Shown in pieces: positions 56,283-64,000 of a DNA stretch of 64,000 bases (position 1 is its first letter; each line of letters opens with the position of its first letter). The stretch covers positions 64,001 to 128,000 of the forward strand of contig JBILLK010000017.1 in NCBI GenBank assembly GCA_044376115.1. The letters are read 5' to 3'. Source of the stretch: Polyangiaceae bacterium (GTDB taxonomy: Bacteria > Myxococcota_A > Polyangia > Polyangiales > Polyangiaceae). A model generated the notes under the pieces. That model saw only the letters and a program-made list of their open reading frames with translations, did no database searches and was not told the origin of the DNA. Both the position numbers and the translations under genes were made by a program.

Positions 56283-57805
56283 GTTTCGTTCTTGGCGTCG
56301 ACGTCAGTACCAACGCGGCAAAGGCGATCGTGGTGGGAGCGGAAGGCCGGATTAAGGCTGAAGGTCGAGCCGAATTCAAAACAGAGAACCCTTGTCCCGG
56401 CGGATTCGAACAGAACGCCGAGGATTGGTACTCGGCGCTGATGCAGGCCTGCAAGCAGGCGCTCTCCACGCTCGCTCCAGCAGAGAGCGCGGCCGTAAAG
56501 GCCATGGCTATCACGCACCAGCGCGAGACGTTCGTCTTCTGCGACCAACACGGCACGGTGCTGGGGCCAGCCATCGTTTGGATGGATGAGCGTGCCAAAC
56601 GCGAAGTTGAGACGGTCGTTGCGATCTACGGTGCCGAGGCGTTGGGCCGCATCAGCGGCAAGCCGCCCTGCGTAACGCCGTCGCTCTACAAGATCCGTTG
56701 GGCATTGCAGCAGCTTGCGCCTGAGCGGACCCCGCCGGGCCTTCGAGTGCTCGACGTGCACGGCTTTCTCACGCACAGATTGACCGGTGCGTGGGGCACC
56801 TCGTTGGCGTCCGCGGATCCCCTGGGGCTCGTTGATCTGGCTGCGCGCGACTACTCGAGCATGCTGCTTGAAGCCGCGCGACTCGATCCCAGCAACGTGG
56901 TGCCGCTTTTCGCCCCAGGCGCGGTGATCGCACCTCTTACGCGAGCCGTGGCCACGGAGCTCGGGCTCGCTGATGACGTAGTGATGGTCGCGGGAGCGGG
57001 CGATGGCCAAGCGGCCGGCTTCGGCGCCGGTGTGCTGACCGAGGACGCGCTGTATCTCAACCTTGGCACCGCTCTCGTGGGCGGAACTCCGTCACGAAGC
57101 TATCGCTCGAGTCGCGCATTTCGCACGCTGTTCGCAGCGGATGGGGATGGCTTTCTATGCGAGATGGATCTGAAGGGCGGCACGCTCACGCTGGATTGGC
57201 TTTGTGATCGTGTGCTCAAGCGCACCGGTGAGACACGCTCACAGGTGCTAGCCGCGCTCGAGCTTGAATCGTCTGAACTGAAGCCAGGAGAATGTCCGCT
57301 GGTGCTCCCCTACTTCGCCGGCGTGATGAACCCGCATTGGAACGATTGGGCCTCTGGCGCGGTGTTAGGGCTACGGGCCGATCACGGGGCAGCCCACCTC
57401 TATCGCGGTATTCTCGAGGGCCTCGCCTTTGAACAACGGCTGGCGCTCGAGGCGCTCGAGGTTGAGCTCGGCATGCGCAACAACGTCTTCGTGACGGGCG
57501 GAGCCAGTCGTCGCGACAGTGTGATGCAGCTGCTCGCGGATGTTTTGGGCCGACCAATCGTACGTAGTAGCGCGGAGGAGACCACAGCCTTGGGCGCTGC
57601 CATGCTCGCCGCGCCACGCGCTGGATTGAGCGCGACAGCGGCCGACGCTGCGCGCGCGTGGACGAAGGATGCGCGCGCCAACACCAAGCGATTTGAGCCC
57701 GGCCCGCGGGCGATCGCGTACGACCGCCTGTATCACTCGGCCTACAAGAGCTGCTACGCGACGCTCGCGTCCCTCTTGCAAACGCTCTCGGACCTAAGGG
57801 ACTGA
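56279..57805 (+). CDS. FGGY-family carbohydrate kinase (xylulokinase-like)
   Basis: LGVDVST...K, QRET, W.D.R, GDGQAA, GT, LEG.A and GGA...ALGAA. Confidence 0.92.
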   Translation: MSFVLGVDVSTNAAKAIVVGAEGRIKAEGRAEFKTENPCPGGFEQNAEDWYSALMQACKQALSTLAPAESAAVKAMAITHQRETFVFCDQHGTVLGPAIVWMDERAKREVETVVAIYGAEALGRISGKPPCVTPSLYKIRWALQQLAPERTPPGLRVLDVHGFLTHRLTGAWGTSLASADPLGLVDLAARDYSSMLLEAARLDPSNVVPLFAPGAVIAPLTRAVATELGLADDVVMVAGAGDGQAAGFGAGVLTEDALYLNLGTALVGGTPSRSYRSSRAFRTLFAADGDGFLCEMDLKGGTLTLDWLCDRVLKRTGETRSQVLAALELESSELKPGECPLVLPYFAGVMNPHWNDWASGAVLGLRADHGAAHLYRGILEGLAFEQRLALEALEVELGMRNNVFVTGGASRRDSVMQLLADVLGRPIVRSSAEETTALGAAMLAAPRAGLSATAADAARAWTKDARANTKRFEPGPRAIAYDRLYHSAYKSCYATLASLLQTLSDLRD

Positions 57806-57809
57806 GCGC

Positions 57810-58313
57810 TCAGCCGTCACAGAAGGCGAGGTCGCTCGTATCGCAACCCTCGACGCGAACAGCGTTGTCCCGGCAACTGAAGACCGCATCGGCAGCAACG
57901 CAGTCCCAAAAGGACTTGGCTGCATCGGAACAACTCGTTGGCGGCAAGCACTCGGAGAAAAGCGTGTCGCAACCAAGTTCACAGCCGTTGATTTCCACGC
58001 GAGCGCAGAACTGTTCACATTGAGGTAAAGCAACCTCGTCTGTGCTGGATTCAACCACCGAGGCGAGGCCCTGGAGGGCGTCACAGCGCTCTTCGCAGAG
58101 AGTCTGCGAAGAGCGGCACTCGCCGAGCTCGCAGGTTGTATCGAGCACGGCTGATCCATCATTGCACAGGCAGGCAGCCGTTGGACAACCATGGCCTGAG
58201 CCGCAGGCCTTCGGATCCACAGCGTCGAACACCGACGTCCCTCCGCAGCTCTCGGCCAATGGCGCGATAGCGAGCAAGGCCGTCAATGCGAACCAGCGCT
58301 GGTGAATCCTCAA
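57810..58313 (-). CDS. Cys-rich hypothetical lipoprotein
   Basis: Signal peptide ending AESC; 19 Cys; TTG start overlaps the desaturase stop. Confidence 0.7.
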   Translation of the reverse strand: MRIHQRWFALTALLAIAPLAESCGGTSVFDAVDPKACGSGHGCPTAACLCNDGSAVLDTTCELGECRSSQTLCEERCDALQGLASVVESSTDEVALPQCEQFCARVEINGCELGCDTLFSECLPPTSCSDAAKSFWDCVAADAVFSCRDNAVRVEGCDTSDLAFCDG

Positions 58314-59320
58314 ACGTTCACCGGTGCAATGCCTGGAAGATCCATGTGCTTCTTCTTCTCTTCATCTCGATTGAGGTTTGCGTACTTCGCCTCGATCTTC
58401 TCAACGTCAATCTTGAGGATGCGCCCCCACAGGCTCCACACCAGTCCGAAGAAGTTCTTGTGACACTCCTGCTGAACCTTGGCGTCGTAGTAGGGATACG
58501 CCGCCTCGTGGAAGCTGCGCAGGTTGTACCAAGGGATACCGGGGAACTTGTGGTGCTCGTTGTGGAAGCTGACGTTGTTCCAGAGGAAGTTGAGGAAGTG
58601 GTGGTCGATGGCGTACGTGCGTGACCCGTATGCGTCCTCGCCCGGCTCCATCTCGAAGTGCTCGATCATCGAAGTGGTGCTCGCAAGGATCGTCCCGAGG
58701 ATGAAGGGCAACCCAAACACGAAGAACGTCACGTAGCCGGGCAGCGAGTAGAACAGGAACCCGACGACACCCCAGAAGCCCAATAGCTCGAGGTTCATCC
58801 GGACCTTCTGCCAAGCCGTGAGCCGCGCCGTGTAGCGGAACATCTGGAACAGGAAGTAGATCGGGTAGGCGAAGGTGTAGACCGCCAACATCAACAGACG
58901 CGCAGCCACGGGGTTCTTCGTGTAGTCGGTGACCACGAAGTTATCGACGTCGGGATAGGTGTTGGTGATGCGGTGATGATGGAGGTGGTAGTTCGAGTAG
59001 ATCGTGTAGCTCATGCCTGTCGGCGACCAGCACAAGAGACCGAACCAGTACGAAGCAACCTTCGACTTGAACACCGTCCCGTGAACCGAGTCATGGGCAA
59101 CCGCCCCCAGCCCACGAATCAGGTTGGTAACGAGCAGGGAGACGAGGACGCCAAGCGCCACCTTGATGCCAAGGTGGAAGTTCTGGGTGTGAGCCCAGTT
59201 CAGCAGAAAGCCGCTGCCGATCCACAGCCCAAAGTGGAGGGGCACTTTGTAGATGTAGATTGGGTTGCGCTTGTAGGCAGCCTGCAGAATCTCCCGGGGA
59301 ACGTCATCCATTGCGGCCAT
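58310..59320 (-). CDS. Membrane fatty acid desaturase family protein
   Basis: His boxes HDSVH, HLHHH and EH...HNEHH, plus PWYNL. Confidence 0.92.
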   Translation of the reverse strand: MAAMDDVPREILQAAYKRNPIYIYKVPLHFGLWIGSGFLLNWAHTQNFHLGIKVALGVLVSLLVTNLIRGLGAVAHDSVHGTVFKSKVASYWFGLLCWSPTGMSYTIYSNYHLHHHRITNTYPDVDNFVVTDYTKNPVAARLLMLAVYTFAYPIYFLFQMFRYTARLTAWQKVRMNLELLGFWGVVGFLFYSLPGYVTFFVFGLPFILGTILASTTSMIEHFEMEPGEDAYGSRTYAIDHHFLNFLWNNVSFHNEHHKFPGIPWYNLRSFHEAAYPYYDAKVQQECHKNFFGLVWSLWGRILKIDVEKIEAKYANLNRDEEKKKHMDLPGIAPVNV

Positions 59321-59450
59321 GAGCTACTCCGAGAGGGACCTTAGTCCAGCCATTTGGCGAAGTACAAGCACCCGTGGAGGGAGCTTCTCTTGACGTCTAA
59401 ACACGCTGCGTAGGGTCTTTCGCGCTCAGGGCGTGATAGCGTGGCCTGGC

Positions 59451-60143
59451 ATGCTCACACTATGCATCGACGTCGGGGGAACTGGAATCAAGGGCAACGT
59501 CTTCACGGAGACAGGCGAAGCGAAAGGAGAACGGATTCGGCTGGAAACGCCTCGTCCTGCGACACCTCAAGCTGTGTTGCAGACGGCGCTGACTGTCGCA
59601 CGGGGTCACGCAGCCTTCGACCGGGTCTCTTGCGGCTTTCCGGGGGTGGTTGAAGACGGTGTGGTGATGACGGCGCCCAACCTGGATGGGGACTGGGGCG
59701 GCTTTGAGCTTCAGGCCGCCCTGGAGACGCACCTGGGCAAGCCAGCGCGCGTTGCCAACGACGCCGACGTGCAAGGGCTTGCCGTGATCGAGGGGAAAGG
59801 CGTGGAGCTGGTGCTCACGCTGGGCACTGGCCTGGGCAGCGGGCTCTACATCGACGGCCACTGCGTGTGGAACCTCGAGTTTGGTCATCACCCGTGGAAC
59901 ACAAACGAAACCTACGAGGACCGTGTGGATGAAGCGGCCCGCAAGGAGATCGGCAACAAGAAGTGGGCGAAGCGAGTGCTGGCCATCCCCGCGCGACTCG
60001 CCCCCATCTTCAACTATCGCCGCCTCTACCTTGGGGGCGGCAACGCATCGCGGCTCTCGCAAGCCGACTTTCCGCCCAATGTGCAGCTGATCGACAACAC
60101 GGCGGGCATGCTCGGCGGCCTTAAGCTCTGGTCGCTCGGGTAA
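59451..60143 (+). CDS. ROK-family kinase (polyphosphate glucokinase-like)
   Basis: IDVGGTGIK, R..TP.PATP, GFPGVV, NDAD, TLGTGLGS, NLEFGH and GGGN. Confidence 0.88.
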   Translation: MLTLCIDVGGTGIKGNVFTETGEAKGERIRLETPRPATPQAVLQTALTVARGHAAFDRVSCGFPGVVEDGVVMTAPNLDGDWGGFELQAALETHLGKPARVANDADVQGLAVIEGKGVELVLTLGTGLGSGLYIDGHCVWNLEFGHHPWNTNETYEDRVDEAARKEIGNKKWAKRVLAIPARLAPIFNYRRLYLGGGNASRLSQADFPPNVQLIDNTAGMLGGLKLWSLG

Positions 60144-60188
60144 GCCACAGCCGGACGATTGGGGCGAGGTTCCTCGCCCCAATCACGC

Positions 60189-62033
60189 TCACTCCACGGT
60201 GACCGTCTTTGCAAGATTGCGCGGTTGATCGACGTCGGTGCCTTTGAAGTCAGCGACGTAGTACGAGAGCAACTGCAGCGGGATCGACGTGATGAACGGC
60301 GAGAGCAACGGATCCACCTTGGGTACGTAGATCACCTTGTTCGCAATCGCCCCGATCTCCGAGTTGCCGCGCGTAGCGATCGCGATCACCACGCCGTCTC
60401 GCGCGCGAGCCTCCTGCACATTGCTAGCGATCTTCTCGTAGGAGCGATCATCGGGCATGACCGCGATCACCGGCATGTTCGCGTCGATCAGGGCGATCGG
60501 CCCGTGCTTCATCTCGCCAGCGGCATAACCTTCGGCGTGGATGTAGGAGATTTCTTTGAGCTTGAGCGCACCCTCGACGGCGATCGGAAAACTGACTCCG
60601 CGTCCGAGGAACAGAGCGCTGTGCGAACTCGCCAGCGGACGCGCAAGATCTCGTACGAGGTCGTCGAGCGCGAGGGTGGCTCGCATGTGATGCGGCAGCT
60701 CCACCGTGTGCTGCAAAAGTTCCTGCGCCTTCTCCTTGCTGAGCTTGCCGTTTCTTCGCCCCAGGTACACCGCAAGCAAAAGACAGGCGGCCAGCTGGGT
60801 GGTGAAGCACTTGGTGGAGGCAACACCGATCTCGGGCCCCGCGTGCGTGTAAAACGCTGCTCCAGCCGCACGCGGAATGGCCGAATGAATGACGTTGGCG
60901 ATCGCGAGTAGCTGCGCGCCCTTCTCTTTGGCCACTTTCAGAGCAGCCAACGTATCGAGCGTTTCTCCGGACTGGGAGACGGCCACCACCAGATCGGTAG
61001 GGCCGATCACGGGATCTCGACCAACGAACTCACTCGCGAGCTCGCACTGCGAAGGAATCCCCGCGAGCGACTCGACCAACTGACGACCGTAGAGCGTCGC
61101 GTGACTGCTGGTTCCGCAGGCAATGAAGTAGACGCGCTGCACCTTTGCCACCGTCGCTTCGTCGAGCCCGATCTCGCTGGCGATGACGTCTCCGTTGGCT
61201 AGATCCACTCGCCCGCGCAGCGTGTCTTCGATCGCCCGCGGCTGCTCGTGAATCTCCTTCAACATGAAGTGCTTGAAGCCACCCTTTTCGGCCTGTGCAG
61301 CGCTCCATGTGATGGTTCGAGGCGCACGCTCGACCTTTTTGCCGTCGAGGCTCTCGACCTGAATGCCGTCAGCCGTGAGCAGGCCGACCTCGCCGTCCTC
61401 CAACAGCAAAACGCTGTTGGTGTAAGGGAGCACCGCGGGGATGTCGCTGGCGGCGAACATTTCGCCGTCACCGAAGCCGATGACCAACGGGGAAGCGTTT
61501 TTCGCCACGACGATCCGGTCGGGCTGCCGCTGGTCAATCACCGCAACCGCGTAGGCGCCGTGGACCTGCGCGAGTGCGCGCTTGACTGCAACGAACAGGT
61601 CGTGGCCAGCCTTTGCTTCGCGGTGGATGAGATGCGCCACCATCTCGGTGTCGGTGTCCGAGGAAAACTTCACGCCCTCGGCGGACAGCTCTCGCTTCAG
61701 GGCCAGATGGTTCTCAATGATGCCGTTGTGCACGAGAGCGATCGGCCCGGCTACGTGCGGGTGTGCGTTGACCTCGGTCGGGCGGCCGTGAGTCGCCCAA
61801 CGCGTGTGTCCGATGCCGGTCGTGCCCTTGAGCGGCCGTTCGCGCAGCGCAGCGACGAGATTTCCGAGCTTTCCCACCGCGCGCACGACCTCGATCGGGC
61901 GCTTCTCGCTGTCCGACCGCACCAGCGTGGCCAAGCCAGCTGAGTCATAGCCGCGGTATTCCAACCTACGGAGCCCATCCACCAAGAGGTCCGCACATTC
62001 CTGATTGCCGACGTAGCCAACGATGCCGCACAT
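60189..62033 (-). CDS. glmS: Glutamine-fructose-6-phosphate transaminase
   Basis: MCGIVGY, LEYRGYDSAG, HTRWATHG, HNGIIEN, SQSGET, EGALKLKE and PRNLAKTVTVE. Confidence 0.98.
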   Translation of the reverse strand: MCGIVGYVGNQECADLLVDGLRRLEYRGYDSAGLATLVRSDSEKRPIEVVRAVGKLGNLVAALRERPLKGTTGIGHTRWATHGRPTEVNAHPHVAGPIALVHNGIIENHLALKRELSAEGVKFSSDTDTEMVAHLIHREAKAGHDLFVAVKRALAQVHGAYAVAVIDQRQPDRIVVAKNASPLVIGFGDGEMFAASDIPAVLPYTNSVLLLEDGEVGLLTADGIQVESLDGKKVERAPRTITWSAAQAEKGGFKHFMLKEIHEQPRAIEDTLRGRVDLANGDVIASEIGLDEATVAKVQRVYFIACGTSSHATLYGRQLVESLAGIPSQCELASEFVGRDPVIGPTDLVVAVSQSGETLDTLAALKVAKEKGAQLLAIANVIHSAIPRAAGAAFYTHAGPEIGVASTKCFTTQLAACLLLAVYLGRRNGKLSKEKAQELLQHTVELPHHMRATLALDDLVRDLARPLASSHSALFLGRGVSFPIAVEGALKLKEISYIHAEGYAAGEMKHGPIALIDANMPVIAVMPDDRSYEKIASNVQEARARDGVVIAIATRGNSEIGAIANKVIYVPKVDPLLSPFITSIPLQLLSYYVADFKGTDVDQPRNLAKTVTVE

Positions 62034-62090
62034 GAGCAGGAAGCTAACACGGGAATCACGCCGCGCGTCAGCGACGATCTTAAGGCGACG

Positions 62091-63491
62091 TTACTCGGAT
62101 CGCGGGGCGCGACCCTCAGCCTCCGACTCCTCCTTCTTGGTCGCCTCGTCTTCGCCGCGCACCGTCCGTGGAGCCTGCTTTCCAATAATTTCGGGACTTG
62201 CGGTGGGGGCGGGCAACGCCGTGAAGGCAGCGCGAGCCAACGTGGGCTGCCCAGGCCAGGCGAACGTCGTGTTGAGCAAGCCCGCATGCCGAGTGACGGT
62301 TGGTAGCGCGACGTCCTGCAAATAGAGACGCTGCTGATGGCTGAATTGATAACGCAGCTCCAACCGCATCGGCACGCTCGCCGGTACCCAGCCCACGGCG
62401 GCATCCCCAAGCCACGCGCCAGTTGGCGGACCGAACCCCTGCGGTCCGAGGAAAGAACGATTCACGCTGGCTCCGACGGTCCCCGATAGATCGAACCCCT
62501 TGGGCAGGAGGTAGGAGGCATTCACGTTTCCTGCGTCATTCAGGGTGACCTGAGCCAACAGGACGTTGGGCGTCGCATCGTGCGTGTAGCCAATCGACAG
62601 CGTTGCCGATGGCAGCGTGTAGGTAAACGCGAGGTTACCCACGGGGTGCACCACTACCGGCACGTCGGTCGTCGGATCGTAGCCGGCAATGACGCCCGCT
62701 CCCACCGAGCTGGTTGCGTCCTCGCTGAACTGGTGAGTCCAGGTAGCGCGCGCACGGTGCAAAAATTGATACGTTTGCTGCCCCTGAACATCGCCGAGGT
62801 CGGCGGTTCTTCCACGTTGAAAGTCGTTGCTCTGATCAAACGAGAGCTGGTTGATCAAAAAGCGCTTGTTGAGGGCGAGCGCAATTGACCCCAAGGCTGT
62901 GCTGGTGTCGGCGCCCTCGGGCACCAAGGTGTAGACGTATGACCCCGAAAGCGACTGGGTGAAGGTTGTGGTCTCGGACAATTCGGTCGAGAACCCAAGC
63001 CCGCCGCCACCGCTGAGCATGATGTTGTTGTTCCCCGCGTTTGGCTGCGGTTGCCCCGCCGCCGCAGGAGCCAAAAGCTGAAGAGCCGCGGCAGTTGCCT
63101 GTGTTCCGGCTAAGCTGAAGGTCATTTCCGTGACTTCAGAGACGGGCGTTCGAACCCCGTAGCTCAACCCGTTCGAGTAGTTATTGGCGTCGGAGTTGAG
63201 CAGATTGAACGTATAGCCGAAGGCGTACGCCAGAGTGTGCGTCGTCCCCGGCGTTTCAAGTTGAAGGCGCACGGACGGAGCGATGCTGCCAAAGCCGTCC
63301 GCTTGGGGTCTGACGACGTCGAGCCCGGCGTCCGCCTCGGGCGTCGGAGTGTTGGCGACGTTGTCCGTGACCCCGATGGTCCCCGTGACGCTTAGGTCAA
63401 CATCGGCAGCAACCTGGGCGTACGCGCTCTGCGAACCCGCCATAGCGAGCGCCACGCCCCACCCATGCACTTGAACCAGAAATCGCGCCAC
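62091..63491 (-). CDS. Putative outer-membrane beta-barrel protein
   Basis: Signal-like N-terminus and G.TDNV; alternating Thr/Ser/Gly/aromatic strands throughout. Start uncertain. Confidence 0.6.
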   Translation of the reverse strand: MARFLVQVHGWGVALAMAGSQSAYAQVAADVDLSVTGTIGVTDNVANTPTPEADAGLDVVRPQADGFGSIAPSVRLQLETPGTTHTLAYAFGYTFNLLNSDANNYSNGLSYGVRTPVSEVTEMTFSLAGTQATAAALQLLAPAAAGQPQPNAGNNNIMLSGGGGLGFSTELSETTTFTQSLSGSYVYTLVPEGADTSTALGSIALALNKRFLINQLSFDQSNDFQRGRTADLGDVQGQQTYQFLHRARATWTHQFSEDATSSVGAGVIAGYDPTTDVPVVVHPVGNLAFTYTLPSATLSIGYTHDATPNVLLAQVTLNDAGNVNASYLLPKGFDLSGTVGASVNRSFLGPQGFGPPTGAWLGDAAVGWVPASVPMRLELRYQFSHQQRLYLQDVALPTVTRHAGLLNTTFAWPGQPTLARAAFTALPAPTASPEIIGKQAPRTVRGEDEATKKEESEAEGRAPRSE

Positions 63492-63548
63492 GAGCCTTCT
63501 GTGCTAGCATGCCTTTGCTTCCGCGAGGCTACTGTCGTTAACTTTCCC

Positions 63549-64000
63549 GTGGTCCGAGAGTTCACAGCCGTCACCGAGATCAACGAAGTCCTGCAAATGA
63601 TGGGGCAGTCTCGGCGCGCCGTCGGTGCCGAGGAACTGCTGACCATCGATTCCGAGTCTGCCCGCGTCGCGCGGGAACTCAAGCACATGGGGAAGCGCAC
63701 CATCGGGCTCCTCCCCGCCGATACCCACGTGGACGTGTTAGGCGCCGGAGAGAAGCTCGGTCGAGCCCTAGCCTTCGTGACCGGCTCGCTGGTCGCGTTG
63801 TTCGACCCGGAACGCAAGAGCCTCCCGACGAACACAGCACCCAAGGGCATCTTCAGCTCCGCGATGGGTTCTGGCATCGTGTGCTTGGCGCCGGGCGAGC
63901 GCGCGCCGGCTGGCGACAAAGTCCGCGCAGTCAACCAGCTGCTCGACTTCGTAACCCCCGAGCGACCAGGCCTGCGTGCTGTGCTCGTGGATCTTTCTGG
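63549..64000 (+). CDS. Hypothetical protein, possibly a degenerate BY-kinase/MinD-like fold (partial, runs off the right edge)
   Basis: Not in the ORF track. Manual translation from GTG 63549 is open to the edge: ...KRTIGLLPA...LGRALAFVTGSLVALFD...AVLVDLS. Confidence 0.5.
   Translation, partial: MVREFTAVTEINEVLQMMGQSRRAVGAEELLTIDSESARVARELKHMGKRTIGLLPADTHVDVLGAGEKLGRALAFVTGSLVALFDPERKSLPTNTAPKGIFSSAMGSGIVCLAPGERAPAGDKVRAVNQLLDFVTPERPGLRAVLVDLS

Noticed and set aside
59390..59416. TTGACG...TAGGGT promoter before the ROK kinase
   Set aside because: The spacer is only 15 bp, too weak to call.
62034..62090. glmS ribozyme upstream of glmS
   Set aside because: Only 57 nt separate glmS from the upstream gene, too short for the ribozyme, and no core motif was seen.

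Overview
GC-rich, gene-dense chromosomal window with about 55 CDS. It is most likely from a myxobacterium (Myxococcota), inferred from a MYXO-CTERM-like tail, GYF_2 domains, a kinase-FGE fusion and many Cys-rich lipoproteins. No rRNA, tRNA, CRISPR array, transposase or prophage was recognised. Housekeeping genes include pdxJ, nnr, a CbpA-type dnaJ, corA, orn, lon, a gpsA-like gene, a ppgK-like gene and glmS. The most notable element is a RiPP-type locus at about 41.8-44.5 kb. It has a lipoprotein precursor ending in ...ESKCGEGSCG (HvfA/oxazolin-like Cys motifs), an internal imperfect terminator, and a fused MNIO (DUF692)-DUF2063 maturase whose stop overlaps the start of a Ser/Thr kinase-FGE gene. 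Other accessory systems: (i) a split PltL/PltE/PltF-like carrier protein, dehydrogenase and adenylation triad with an atypical specificity pocket and no PKS/NRPS in view; (ii) a beta-helix / di-heme peroxidase / SO2930-type cytochrome lipoprotein module; (iii) a pair of zinc-ribbon-TM-beta-propeller proteins coupled to orn; (iv) a TetR-hydroxylase operon with a clear double operator; (v) an orphan DUF2283-like gene; (vi) an Hsp70-fold gene next to a PP2C phosphatase; (vii) the probable edge of a polysaccharide-export locus. All family calls come from motif recognition by eye; no database searches were run.
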